64,000 bases of DNA from Bellilinea sp. Its GTDB lineage: Bacteria; Chloroflexota; Anaerolineae; Anaerolineales; Anaerolineaceae. Shown piece by piece: positions 27,702 through 37,552 of the stretch. Position numbers and translations under genes: made by a program. Position 1 is the stretch's first letter. Every line of letters starts with the position of its first letter. The DNA lies in NCBI GenBank assembly GCA_041658905.1, contig JBAZZG010000004.1:147091-211090 (forward strand), in the 5' to 3' direction. The notes under the pieces are model-generated. The model searched no databases. It was not told where the DNA came from and saw only the letters and a program-made list of their open reading frames with translations.

Positions 27702-30197
27702 TTACTGGCCGATAATTTTAGGGAACCAGTACCATATCACATCGGATGCGGGTTTACCGTGAATTGAGGCTGAGGTATCTTGCAAGGCTGCAGGTGGGTA
27801 ATAACCAACCGAAACGACGCCATTGATCCAGGAACGGGTAATCATGGCGTTGAATGCGGCATTGTAAATGTCTGCCTGCTCCTGCAGGTCAACTTGAACT
27901 TCAGGCAGATCGGGAGTAGGCTGATTGAGCAAGTCAAAAGGCAGGCATTGATCCGTGATTTGAACGCAGCCGCTGGCTGCTCCGTCAGCTGAGGGGTAGT
28001 CCAGTGCCAGGATAACGGGTATCCCGGTTTCTTCAACGAGGGGCAGGACATTCGTATCGAGCAAGGTCGCAAAGGAATCTTGCAACTCCGCCTCGGTTGG
28101 ATCGTTGACTTCGGTCAACCGGGCATTGAACACGAGATATAGGGCATCAAATTGGTCCAAATCCGCGGGCAGCGGCGTTGCCGGAAAGGGGTAGGGGAGC
28201 GCCCAGGCAATTTGACCGGCGTACCGGCCGCGGATTTCGGTAACCAGACTCTGCCAGCGTTCCCCTGCATTATCAGGCACGCCTGAAGGCTCGACATTTG
28301 GCAGCATGCCGTCAGGCAGCGCGGGTGTGACATCCGGACCGCCCAGGATGAGCATGGAGGCCTGGGTTTGAGCTGCCAGGTCGGCGTGATGCAACGCAAA
28401 GGTGCGGTAGCTGCTGAACCATTTATCCCACCAACCGGCATCCGGGATGGCCTCGTTCCAAATGCCATTTGCCAACATGTCTGCCTGGAGGCGGGGGAAA
28501 ATTGCTGATTGTAATCCTGCTTGACTCGCGTTTTGAATGGCTGCAGTAGTATCCGTCCACAGGGCGTCGCGCCCGGCAACTGGTTCAATCACCGGTGGGT
28601 TCGCCCGGGTATAGCTCCAGGTTGGGGTGAAGATTACCCAGTTCGCGCCAAGAGATTTGATTTTTTGCAGCCCATTTGCGAAGTACGGCTGCCAAACCGG
28701 ACTGTAATTTGGGTTGAACTCGACACCTGCGAAGAAATTGGGTCCAACAGCGGTTATTTCTGGCGCGATTATGGTGGTCGAATTGGTGAAGGACGACCAA
28801 TTAGCCCAGGAGTTGATGGTGTCCTGGACGTTTTGGCCTTCCGCGATGAGCGTGATGGTTTTACCCTGGCTGGACAAACCGTGCGTGCTGCTGTCGTCGG
28901 CAACGCCGCACTGATCATTACGGCAGTAGCGGTATTTTAGTTCACTAAAAAAGTCGAGCGGGCCATTGAGCACATATAGCCACTGATTGTTGCCCAACGG
29001 CCACATTGGAATAGGCGCAGTCCAACCAAAGGGATTAAATTGGATGGACACAATGTCTTCTGGCAGGGTGTCTGACGGCACAGTTACTGTAAACGTTACC
29101 GGCGCGTAGGTGCCACTTTTCCAACTTTCAATTATGTCTGTTACCGTCAGATCTGCGTCAGGCACGATCAATTGTCGGGTGCGGAAGGACCCATTGGCAT
29201 AATGCTCAGAATTCCAGAAACCATCGCCCAATGTGTATTTGTAGCGTAAATCCAACCCGGTTGGTAATTCGAGGGTCAGGGAGTAGATATCCTCGGCGAT
29301 GGTTGGCATAATCGGCGCGCGGGATGCAATCACGCTCATGCCGCCATCCAGATCAGCGAAAGTGTTGCCAAGCGCATAACTGGAACCAACCAGCCGCAGT
29401 GGCAAGCCTTTGACCTCACCGGCTGGGATTTGCGCCACGAAAGTCACTTTAACCAACTTTGCCATTTCCACGAACAAAGGCGCCGGCGTTGTTGCGTTCT
29501 CCGCAACGACCGCACCTTGCTGAAAGGTCCTGAAAAGGCCGTCCAGGCTGGCGGCGACCAGGTTGTGCGTTCCGGGGATTAAACCTTCCAGCAGGAAAGA
29601 ACCATCGGAGGCGGTGAAGGTTTGGCTCCCAGCTGCGGTCACCAGGGCTGAAGGGATGGGAGTGTTGGTTGCAGCGTCGATTACCCGCCCGGTGATCCGA
29701 CCGGTGGGGCCAGCATAATGTGCATCCGTCCATCCGGCAACGACATCCTCCACAACCGATGGTCCTCCCACCTGGAACATGCGATAACGTACTTGCTGCC
29801 CGCCGGCAGTGTATTCCACGGCAGACCGTTCACTGGTACGGATGTAGCGGTATTTGACCAGCGAACCGAGCGCGATCGGGATATTGATTTCGAACTGATT
29901 TTCGCCAGAAGGCGTCATCTCATAGCGTTTTGGATTGAGCGCCAGGCCAGTGACTTCATCCAGAATTTCCAAGGTAACAGTTTCCTCGGACGGATTAGCT
30001 GGAACCAGCGCGCGAAAGGTGATCGTGCCCAGCGCTGATTTCGCATCCGGCTGGACTGGCGGCTCGATCGGAGTTTCTTTTTGAAAACCGGGCAAGTTGA
30101 TTCCGCCAGTGCATCCCGCGGCCAGACTTGTTAGTACCATTACAGTTATGAACAACAAAAAGAGCTTTTGGATACGATGATTTTCTCTGAAGTTCAT
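27702..30197 (-). CDS. Large secreted lipoprotein with a CarboxypepD_reg-like domain, three beta-sandwich (CBM-like) repeats and a C-terminal putative glycosidase-like region
   Basis: Lipobox LAAGC. GRITGRVIDAATNTPIPSALVTAAG…DGSFLLEGLIPGTH matches the carboxypeptidase-regulatory-like fold. Three modules end in KYRY / RYKY / KYRY. The function of the C-terminal half is not assignable by eye. Confidence 0.55.
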   Translation of the reverse strand: MNFRENHRIQKLFLLFITVMVLTSLAAGCTGGINLPGFQKETPIEPPVQPDAKSALGTITFRALVPANPSEETVTLEILDEVTGLALNPKRYEMTPSGENQFEINIPIALGSLVKYRYIRTSERSAVEYTAGGQQVRYRMFQVGGPSVVEDVVAGWTDAHYAGPTGRITGRVIDAATNTPIPSALVTAAGSQTFTASDGSFLLEGLIPGTHNLVAASLDGLFRTFQQGAVVAENATTPAPLFVEMAKLVKVTFVAQIPAGEVKGLPLRLVGSSYALGNTFADLDGGMSVIASRAPIMPTIAEDIYSLTLELPTGLDLRYKYTLGDGFWNSEHYANGSFRTRQLIVPDADLTVTDIIESWKSGTYAPVTFTVTVPSDTLPEDIVSIQFNPFGWTAPIPMWPLGNNQWLYVLNGPLDFFSELKYRYCRNDQCGVADDSSTHGLSSQGKTITLIAEGQNVQDTINSWANWSSFTNSTTIIAPEITAVGPNFFAGVEFNPNYSPVWQPYFANGLQKIKSLGANWVIFTPTWSYTRANPPVIEPVAGRDALWTDTTAAIQNASQAGLQSAIFPRLQADMLANGIWNEAIPDAGWWDKWFSSYRTFALHHADLAAQTQASMLILGGPDVTPALPDGMLPNVEPSGVPDNAGERWQSLVTEIRGRYAGQIAWALPYPFPATPLPADLDQFDALYLVFNARLTEVNDPTEAELQDSFATLLDTNVLPLVEETGIPVILALDYPSADGAASGCVQITDQCLPFDLLNQPTPDLPEVQVDLQEQADIYNAAFNAMITRSWINGVVSVGYYPPAALQDTSASIHGKPASDVIWYWFPKIIGQ

Positions 30198-30236
30198 CTT
30201 GTTGCCTCTTTGATAATGGCAAAAGAAAAACCCTCG

Positions 30237-30701
30237 TTATGATTGGGTCGCCGAGGGTGTGTCTCTTGAGGGCGTCGCGACAAATTTCTGCCGAATTTCC
30301 TGTTGGCGGTTGGCCAGGCTGCCTAATACGCCGTTCACAAAACGCGGCGTGCTATCAGCGCCAAAATACTTGGCCATCTCGATGGCTTCGTTGATCGCCA
30401 CTTTAATCGGAGTTACGTCAGCAACTGCAAACTCCCACAACGCAATTCGCAAAATATTCCGGTCGATCACCGCGACCTGGTCCATCGGCCACTCGGGTGC
30501 GTGTTCTGCAATAAAATGATCCAGGGTAGCTGAGATCGGCAAAACGCCCATGATAATCTGCTGTGCGAATTCGACCAGGGCGGGATCAAGCTCGTCTTCT
30601 GCAAGGCGTTCTTGAAGCACTATACCGGGTGGATGATTGGTCAAATCACATTCGTACAGGACCTGCAAGGCGATACTTCGTGCCTTGGTTCGCGGTTTCA
30701 T
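30237..30701 (-). CDS. nusB: Transcription antitermination factor NusB
   Basis: N-terminus ARSIALQVLYECD and …RNILRIALWE…, 154 aa. Confidence 0.9.
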   Translation of the reverse strand: MKPRTKARSIALQVLYECDLTNHPPGIVLQERLAEDELDPALVEFAQQIIMGVLPISATLDHFIAEHAPEWPMDQVAVIDRNILRIALWEFAVADVTPIKVAINEAIEMAKYFGADSTPRFVNGVLGSLANRQQEIRQKFVATPSRDTPSATQS

Positions 30702-30775
30702 ATAAATATTAGGCTTTATAAAGTTCCGTCGTTATGAGAACTGCAGAAAGCAGTTTTAAAGCCTTCAAGCCGAAC

Positions 30776-31132
30776 TCAGGCTTCGGTTTGAGCGACATAG
30801 TCGATGTCTTCGACATGGACATTGACTCTGCCGACTTCCATGCCAACCATCTCGGAAATGGCGCGGGTGACCTGCGCCTGGATGTTGTGCCCAACTTCGC
30901 GCACGTTAAGATCAGGCTTGAGCACGACATAGACATCGGCGTACGCCACATTACCTTCGACCGACACTTTGATGCCTTCGCTGGTGTTTTTATTGAAAAA
31001 TCTTTCCACTTCGGTCGGGTTGGTCGCTAGCCGGCTGATGCCAGGGACGCTTAACACGGTCAACCTGACGATGGTGACCAGTACTTCGGGCGCGATAGTG
31101 GTTTTTCCAGGCGGTCGGATTGGGTCGGTCAT
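30776..31132 (-). CDS. Asp23/Gls24-family envelope stress protein
   Basis: Asp23 signature GKTTIAPEVLVTIVRLTVLSVPGI… and …VNVHVEDI. The Asp23-nusB adjacency is common. Confidence 0.85.
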   Translation of the reverse strand: MTDPIRPPGKTTIAPEVLVTIVRLTVLSVPGISRLATNPTEVERFFNKNTSEGIKVSVEGNVAYADVYVVLKPDLNVREVGHNIQAQVTRAISEMVGMEVGRVNVHVEDIDYVAQTEA

Positions 31133-31222
31133 GCATCCTCCAAATTGCTCAATGATCGCTCATTTTTTACCATTATAACTCACAAAATTATCATGGTGTA
31201 TCCAAAGAAACCCCACGATTAA

Positions 31223-31996
31223 TTACTGGGTTACTCGCTGGATGAAAGCCAGTGTGTCTTGGTAAATCTGGTTGTATTCTCTGCCAAGCAGAAGGGTATG
31301 TCCGGAATTCTCCAGCCAGACCAACTTCTTATCCGGACTGCCCAGTTGATTCAAGACCACTTTTGCGCCATCAGGATCAATAGTGCCATCCAGTTTACCC
31401 TGAAAGATTAAAGCCGGCTGCCGGACTGATTTTAGCTCCCGCCTGACTTGCTGCTGCAGCCAAAAAAATTGCGCGACGGCCGGAATGGGCAAAACGTTGT
31501 ACCCTTGCCAGGGCAGGATATCAGCGGGAGGTGAGGAATTTTCATCTTGCAGGTAGTATTTGGGCTGGATTTTGACAAAAGGCGCCAGCAGCACTGCGCG
31601 CCATTGACCGCTGACATGAATCGCCGGCGCAAAGGTTACAACTCCGGCAATTTCCGGGTACATGCTGGCCAGATGCAGCGCCAGTAAGGCGCCCATCGAT
31701 TCACCTCCAACCACAACCCTGCGCGTCCTTGTTTTCAAGGACTGGTAAGCCTGGTCTGCGGTTCTAAGCCAGTCTGCCTTGTGCACCTTTAGGGCATCCT
31801 CGGGTCGCGTGCCATGACCCGGCAGCAAAGGCGCCATCACGCTGTAACCCGCCCGGTGGAGGAATTCTGCCAGCGGGCGTACCTCGACAGTCGTTGAGGT
31901 AAACCCGTGAGAAAGCAGTACGCCCGTATCGCTCGAACCATTAAGCGAAAACGTGCTGCCGTCGAGCTGAGGATTTTCGAAGATGGGTCTGGTCAT
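31223..31996 (-). CDS. Alpha/beta hydrolase (carboxylesterase / lysophospholipase-like)
   Basis: Oxyanion HGF, nucleophile elbow GESMG and a C-terminal …SGH. I chose the start at ATG 31996, with AGGAAG 8 nt upstream. The ORF-track start at 32023 is a TTG. Confidence 0.75.
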   Translation of the reverse strand: MTRPIFENPQLDGSTFSLNGSSDTGVLLSHGFTSTTVEVRPLAEFLHRAGYSVMAPLLPGHGTRPEDALKVHKADWLRTADQAYQSLKTRTRRVVVGGESMGALLALHLASMYPEIAGVVTFAPAIHVSGQWRAVLLAPFVKIQPKYYLQDENSSPPADILPWQGYNVLPIPAVAQFFWLQQQVRRELKSVRQPALIFQGKLDGTIDPDGAKVVLNQLGSPDKKLVWLENSGHTLLLGREYNQIYQDTLAFIQRVTQ

Positions 31997-32030
31997 GAAG
32001 GGGACTTCCTGATTGTCTGACAACCTGAGA

Positions 32031-32741
32031 TTAAATGCGGAAATAGCTGTGCCCGCCGCAGATGTGCCGCGGTTTTAAGGCCATCTGGCGTTCAAAAGCT
32101 TCTCTGGCTCGCACTTCGTCCCAGCAGTTCGGGCCGTGCGCAGGGGAGGGGGCATTGTGGCGTTTGATGATCGAATCGCCCGCGAACAGAATTTGACGTT
32201 CGGATTGGTAGAATGACAAATGCCCTGGCGTGTGACCGGCTGAATCCAGTACTTGCAAACCGCCAAGGAGTGGCAATCTTTGCCCTGGTTCGATTATTTG
32301 CTCAACCGGTACGGCGGCAGCCGTAAACAGGGGAAGAGCAACGCTAAATAGCAACCGGTCGAAGGCATTACGGGGTTTCAGCTCACGAGACATCCTGCCG
32401 CTGCGGATAGCGGCTGCTTCGAGTGCGCTGGCGGCAACCGGGCAGTGGTAAGTTCCAACTAATTGTTTCGCGGATCCGTAGTGATCACCGTCAGCATGTG
32501 TGATCAGGATCAGGTTGAGCACAGCTTGGTGGTTCACGTTGGTGATCGTCCGGATAAGTGAACGCCAAAATATGGGCAGCCCCGTGTCGATCAGCGTGAT
32601 CTGACCGTTTTCTACGATCAGATACTGGTAGATCGATGCGCTGGAATGCATAAATACGCCTGGAATGATCTGCTGCATGGCTGAATTATAGTTCAAGCCA
32701 TTTATTGGAGTAATGGCTAGCAGGGGGATGGGTAATTCCAT
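32031..32741 (-). CDS. MBL-fold metallo-hydrolase
   Basis: LILITHADGDHYG (an HxHxDH-type variant) and a downstream GHTPGH. The start is uncertain; an internal ATG at 32678 is also plausible, and neither has a clear RBS. Confidence 0.75.
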   Translation of the reverse strand: MELPIPLLAITPINGLNYNSAMQQIIPGVFMHSSASIYQYLIVENGQITLIDTGLPIFWRSLIRTITNVNHQAVLNLILITHADGDHYGSAKQLVGTYHCPVAASALEAAAIRSGRMSRELKPRNAFDRLLFSVALPLFTAAAVPVEQIIEPGQRLPLLGGLQVLDSAGHTPGHLSFYQSERQILFAGDSIIKRHNAPSPAHGPNCWDEVRAREAFERQMALKPRHICGGHSYFRI

Positions 32742-32873
32742 ATTTCGAATGTTCCGCTAATCTTTTCGCTCCTCTTTATGCAAATATTTGTGTAAATGAT
32801 TGTAGAACGCTGCAAAGCACATTTCTCCAGACATCACCCGGGCAGGGGGATTAAAATATACGCAATAAACATT

Positions 32874-32905
32874 ATGCTTTCGATAAGTATTATTATCGAA
32901 AGCAT
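32874..32905. promoter_or_regulatory. 13-bp perfect palindrome (candidate operator) in an AT-rich divergent intergenic region
   Basis: ATGCTTTCGATAA (32874-32886), spacer GTATTA, TTATCGAAAGCAT (32893-32905). Confidence 0.3.
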
Positions 32906-33211
32906 TCAGATATGCGCATAAGCCCCTTTTCAGATGCCCCCACCGAATAATTTCCAGTAATCAGTAGACTATTTTTACTAATGGTTTTTTCGGGCTTTTC
33001 TCTTGAAAAATTAAAATATTATTTCGCTAGAAAGATTTCGATGTGATTTAGATACCCGGTTCCCCTTCTTAAAACCTTGATAATCTTTCAACCTGATCTC
33101 ATTCAAAAACATGAGTTAGCCAATATTATGTTTATTATTTTCTGTCTTCCTATATAATTAAGGTACCCGCTACCAAAAAAACATAGAATTTCGTACCAAG
33201 GATAACTGGCA

Positions 33212-33952
33212 ATGGACAGTCCTTTCTTATTCAAACCTGGAAAGCCGATTGTAACAGTCGGGTGTATCTTTGGCACACCGCTGGCTTTTCAGGGATTCAA
33301 CTGGCTGCCGTTGAACCAGGTGCTCGCTTGGACGCTTTTTACCAGACAGGCTATGAAAGACCATGCTGATTGGACTAGATGGCGGCATTTGCTGTTGGGC
33401 GGGCTGAAAATGATTGTTCTGCTTGGATCGGAATGGTGCCACAATATTGCCCATGTGGCCGTTGCTCGAGGGATCGGACAGCCCGTCGATGGCATACGAA
33501 TTATCGCTGGGATGCCGGTTCTACTCTACAAAGAACCGGAACACCCATCTATTGCCCCTCGTCAGCATATTCTCCGGTCGCTGGGCGGACCGCTATGCAA
33601 CGCCGTCCTGCTGCTTGTTTCGAAGGTATTCCAGCAAATAACCCCTCCTGAATCACCCGCAAGGGAAGTTATGAATGTCGCTTCTGGCATGAATACATTT
33701 ATCACCTTCGCCTCGCTTACACCTGTTCCTGAGTTTGACGGCGGACCAATATTGAAGTGGTCATTGATTTCACATGGATATTCACCTGAACGGGCAAGCC
33801 AGGTATCTATTCGCGCAAATCGTTTGATTGGGTTTGGTTTGTTAGGCGCAACTGCGGTTTCAATCAAAAACCACAGTTGGCTGCTCGCTCTGATCTATTC
33901 CTTTCTGGGTGTTCTTTCTCTGGCAACCGGCTATGGCAGGACGAAGGCTTAG
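33212..33952 (+). CDS. M50 (site-2 protease)-like membrane protein with a degenerate zinc motif
   Basis: Polytopic membrane protein. HNIAH at 33440-33454 occupies the position of HExxH. The downstream LTPVPEFDGGPIL resembles the S2P NxxPxxxLDG motif. Confidence 0.45.
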   Translation: MDSPFLFKPGKPIVTVGCIFGTPLAFQGFNWLPLNQVLAWTLFTRQAMKDHADWTRWRHLLLGGLKMIVLLGSEWCHNIAHVAVARGIGQPVDGIRIIAGMPVLLYKEPEHPSIAPRQHILRSLGGPLCNAVLLLVSKVFQQITPPESPAREVMNVASGMNTFITFASLTPVPEFDGGPILKWSLISHGYSPERASQVSIRANRLIGFGLLGATAVSIKNHSWLLALIYSFLGVLSLATGYGRTKA

Positions 33953-34016
33953 GCTTTTTCAGCCTGACTATGTGGTGCTGTAATCCCAATATATTAATCT
34001 ATACGAAATTTACAAC

Positions 34017-35138
34017 CTACCCTGCCAGGCTAATTCCGATTAAACGACCAATTCCAAAGGTGATGGCGGCTGCCAGCAGTCCAAAAATCATCATGCGCGC
34101 ACCTGAATAGAGTACAGAACGGCCCGTGAAAAGCGTAATGGCGGTGCCGATGAGAAACAGCCCAACGGTGCTGAGAAGGATGGCGACCAGAATCGCCTGA
34201 TTACCCGTCAGAAAGATAAATGGCGCAACCGGAATGATTGCTCCAATGGCAAAAAGCACAAATGAGGTAATGGCTGCTGTCCAGGCAGATCCCCCCAGTT
34301 CTTCAGGATCGATCCCAAGTTCTTCGCGGGCCATGACATCTACGGCAGAATCGCGATTTGATAGGATTTGCGCGGCCATTTGCTGGGCTTGAGCAACCGG
34401 TACACCGCGCGCTTCATAAATTAATGCCAATTCTTCTGCTTCTTCCTCCGGCGCTTGATCGATCTCCTCGGTCTCGATTTTGATCTGGTTCGCGTACAGT
34501 TCACGCGAGGATTGCACCGACAGCCATTCACCCAGCGCCATGGATGATGCGCCTGCCAATAACCCGGCCATGCCGGCGATCAATATACCCTTGTTATCGA
34601 CCGCGGCTCCGGCTACACCCATCACCAGGCTAAGGTTGCTCACCAGGCCATCATTGGCGCCCAGCACCGCTGCGCGCAGCGCATTTCCCCCAGTAGACCG
34701 GTGACGGCCTTCCATGAGCGCCAGCGAACTGCCTTCCATCCCGCCGCTGTTTGATTTTTGAATTTGATCCAGGAGCAGCCCGTGGGATTGCTCTTGCATG
34801 GCCATGCCCCGCGCCATGCCAACCCGGGCATAGGATGCTACACCGGTTTTTTCTTTGGCTTGCAGGCTTGGCAATATTAGCTCAGGTCCAACCTTGCGCG
34901 CCAGCCAGATTAACACTTTGGTACGCCATTCCGGCACAAATGGCTTGAAGCCCACCCCCGCCTCGGTAAGCAGTTCTTCCCATTTCTCGGCATGTTTAAT
35001 TTCAACGGCTGCCATCCGGTTGTACACCTCCGCTATGCGGCCATCTTTTTGCATTTCTGCCAGCGAGCGGTACGTGAACGCGCTGTTGCGCTCGTCTTCG
35101 CGAAAGTTTTTGTACATCTCAATGGTTTTTGCGTCCAT
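34017..35138 (-). CDS. VIT1/CCC1-family iron/manganese transporter with N-terminal ferritin-like domain
   Basis: I chose the start at ATG 35138, with GGAGGG 6 nt upstream. The N-terminal part is rubrerythrin/ferritin-like (…ERNSAFTYRSLAE…). The VIT1 core has GANDGLVSNLSLVMGVAGA plus C-terminal TM helices. Confidence 0.8.
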   Translation of the reverse strand: MDAKTIEMYKNFREDERNSAFTYRSLAEMQKDGRIAEVYNRMAAVEIKHAEKWEELLTEAGVGFKPFVPEWRTKVLIWLARKVGPELILPSLQAKEKTGVASYARVGMARGMAMQEQSHGLLLDQIQKSNSGGMEGSSLALMEGRHRSTGGNALRAAVLGANDGLVSNLSLVMGVAGAAVDNKGILIAGMAGLLAGASSMALGEWLSVQSSRELYANQIKIETEEIDQAPEEEAEELALIYEARGVPVAQAQQMAAQILSNRDSAVDVMAREELGIDPEELGGSAWTAAITSFVLFAIGAIIPVAPFIFLTGNQAILVAILLSTVGLFLIGTAITLFTGRSVLYSGARMMIFGLLAAAITFGIGRLIGISLAG

Positions 35139-35194
35139 AATTTCCCTCCAGTGGTTATTGTACTCCCGACCTTTGAACCGTCTGTCCTTGAATA

Positions 35195-36193
35195 ATGTGC
35201 GATAATTTCTGTATGTCACCATCCACCATAAGCCAGTCCATCACTGCCTACCTGGATAGCGTTCGCCTGTCGCGCAGCCTGAACACCTACCGGACTTACC
35301 GCAATGGACTGCAAGCCTTTGCGCTGGCCCTGAAAGCAAATGGCTTCGATTGCGATAAAGCCGCCATTAACACCCTGCGCGAAGATGCCATCGTCTGGTT
35401 TTCAGACGCCCTAAAAGATTTGGCATCCACCAGTGAGCGGCTGTATTTGACCGCGGCGACCAGCTTTTTTGAATATCTCGCCGCCGAGAATCTGGCGGAG
35501 ATCAATCTGCCGCGCATCCGCCTTTTGATCCGCCAACGCGCCCGTCGCCCTGGCGTGCGCTTGCCGCAATTTCCGAACGACGATATCGAGCAGGTGCTAA
35601 ATCATATGCTTGCGCTTGGAGAGCAGCCGGTCGGTGATAAGCTGCAGCATTTACGCGACCTGCGAGATCGGGCCTTCCTGATCACCCTGGCAGATACCGG
35701 ATTACGCGTCCATGAAGCCTGCAAACTGGTGCGCGGTGATCTCGACTGGAATGAGCAGCGCGCCATAATTATTGGCAAGGGCAACCGGCAGGATGTGGTG
35801 CGCTTTTCAGATCGCTCGATCCAGGCAATCAAACGCTACCTGCAAGCCCGCGCGCGCATTGATGGCGGAAGCGGGCGCGAACTGGTTCGGTTGCCGCTCT
35901 TTGCCCGCCACGACCGCGGCGCTGGAGCCAAAACCAAACCGATTACAACCACCACTGGACGCAACATCGTTGCCGAACGGGTTGCCCAGACGCTTGGCCC
36001 AGGCGCGGTTGGCACCATCACACCGCATTCTTTCAGACATTATTTTGTGACGCGCGTACTGCGCAGCTCTGGTAATCTTAAATTAGCTCAGGAATTGGCT
36101 CGCCATCGCAACATTGCTGTCACTCAGCGCTACGCCCATCTGTCCAACGATGAATTGGATCGCGGGTTTCGTGAAGCGATGGATAAGAAATAG
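35195..36193 (+). CDS. Tyrosine site-specific recombinase (XerC/XerD family)
   Basis: N-terminal SAM-like domain. The catalytic region contains TGLRVHEACKL, …HSFRH… and RHRNIAVTQRYAHL (R-H-R-Y set). The start is 35195 or 35213. Confidence 0.8.
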   Translation: MCDNFCMSPSTISQSITAYLDSVRLSRSLNTYRTYRNGLQAFALALKANGFDCDKAAINTLREDAIVWFSDALKDLASTSERLYLTAATSFFEYLAAENLAEINLPRIRLLIRQRARRPGVRLPQFPNDDIEQVLNHMLALGEQPVGDKLQHLRDLRDRAFLITLADTGLRVHEACKLVRGDLDWNEQRAIIIGKGNRQDVVRFSDRSIQAIKRYLQARARIDGGSGRELVRLPLFARHDRGAGAKTKPITTTTGRNIVAERVAQTLGPGAVGTITPHSFRHYFVTRVLRSSGNLKLAQELARHRNIAVTQRYAHLSNDELDRGFREAMDKK

Positions 36194-36340
36194 GTTTATC
36201 GTTAAATCCCCCTCCCCTTTTCCAAAATAGCTTCACAAATTCGTGCCATTATTAAGTGCCTTGGAATAAGACTTCTTGTATAATTTTTTGTATTCCGATT
36301 GGATTTGTCGTCAAATTAGTGACAGGAGAGGCTGACAGGC

Positions 36341-37552
36341 ATGGATAAGACTCGTTACGACATCGTAATCATTGGCGGCGGAATTGTTGGTCTGGCGACA
36401 GCTATGGCTTTAACGCAGCGGACAAAATCATCTATTTTGGTTCTTGAAGCGGAAAACCGGCTGGCCTTCCATCAAACCGGTAATAACAGCGGGGTCATTC
36501 ACAGCGGAATTTACTACAAACCCGGGTCGCTTAAAGCTGATAACTGTGTGCGTGGCCGCCTGGCGCTCTATAAATTCTGCGAAGACCACAACATTGCCCA
36601 TGAACACTGCGGCAAAATTATTGTTGCGCTCCATGACAGCGAGCTGCCAGCCCTGGAAACCCTGGAAAAACGTGGCGTGGCCAACGGATTGGAAGGGATT
36701 CGCCGGTTAACAGCCAGTGAAATCAAGGATTACGAGCCGTATGCCACCGGAGTTGCCGGTCTGGTTGTACCGCAAACCGGTATTGTCGATTATGTGGCGG
36801 TTGTCCATAAATATGCTGATCAGGTGAAAGAGGCTGGCGGAGAAATTCGGACGAATTCGAGGGTGACCGGTTTCAAAAAGATCGGCGATGAATTTGTCTT
36901 AACCACCCCCTCCGGTGAAGTCACCTGCACGGCGCTGATTAACTGCGGCGGACTTCAATCTGACCGGATCGCTAAAATGTGCGGCGTTGACCCGGGGTTG
37001 CAAATCATCCCTTTCCGCGGCGAATATTACGATATTGCTGAAGAAAAACGCGATCTGGTGAAAAATCTCATCTATCCGGTGCCCGATCCGCGCTTCCCAT
37101 TCCTGGGTGTTCATTTCACCCGCCGGGTCACCGGCGGCATCGAAGCCGGACCGAACGCAGTATTGGCCTTCAAGCGTGAAGGTTACAAAATGTTCTCGAT
37201 CTCAGCTCCGGACATGGCCCAATACCTCTTTTACGGCGGTTTTTGGCGGATGGCTTCCAAATATTGGAAGATCGCCATCGGTGAATATTACCGCTCGTTT
37301 TCCAAAAAAGCATTCGTCGAAGCGTTGCGTAAACTGGTCCCTGATCTCGATATTAATGATTTGACCCGCGGTGGAGCTGGTGTGCGTGCTCAAGCGCTCA
37401 CTCCTGACGGTTCGCTTGTCGATGATTTTCGTATTGTCGAAGCCAAAAATATGGTGCATGTTCTCAACGCCCCCTCCCCGGCCGCAACTGCATCGATCGC
37501 CATTGGCCAGTCGATTGCGGAAATGGCGCAAAAGAATTTTGGGCTAAAGTAA
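36341..37552 (+). CDS. lhgO: L-2-hydroxyglutarate oxidase/dehydrogenase (FAD)
   Basis: YDIVIIGGGIVGLATA, HQTGNNSGVIHSGIYYKPGSLKA, PFRGEY, IYPVPDP and NAPSPAATAS are collinear with my recollection of E. coli LhgO. Confidence 0.85.
   Translation: MDKTRYDIVIIGGGIVGLATAMALTQRTKSSILVLEAENRLAFHQTGNNSGVIHSGIYYKPGSLKADNCVRGRLALYKFCEDHNIAHEHCGKIIVALHDSELPALETLEKRGVANGLEGIRRLTASEIKDYEPYATGVAGLVVPQTGIVDYVAVVHKYADQVKEAGGEIRTNSRVTGFKKIGDEFVLTTPSGEVTCTALINCGGLQSDRIAKMCGVDPGLQIIPFRGEYYDIAEEKRDLVKNLIYPVPDPRFPFLGVHFTRRVTGGIEAGPNAVLAFKREGYKMFSISAPDMAQYLFYGGFWRMASKYWKIAIGEYYRSFSKKAFVEALRKLVPDLDINDLTRGGAGVRAQALTPDGSLVDDFRIVEAKNMVHVLNAPSPAATASIAIGQSIAEMAQKNFGLK

Noticed and set aside
32796-32921. 41-codon ORF in the AT-rich island spanning the 13-bp palindrome
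   Set aside because: It has no Shine-Dalgarno sequence and an isoleucine-rich AT-driven composition. Chance ORFs of this size are expected in AT-rich DNA.
35195-36193. The tyrosine recombinase as a marker of an integrated mobile element covering roughly 32742-36340
   Set aside because: I found no flanking direct repeats, tRNA target or phage/plasmid genes. The neighbours (VIT1 transporter, M50-like protein) are ordinary cargo, and the protein looks like a housekeeping XerC/D-type enzyme. This remains only a weak possibility, noted under the AT-rich region finding.
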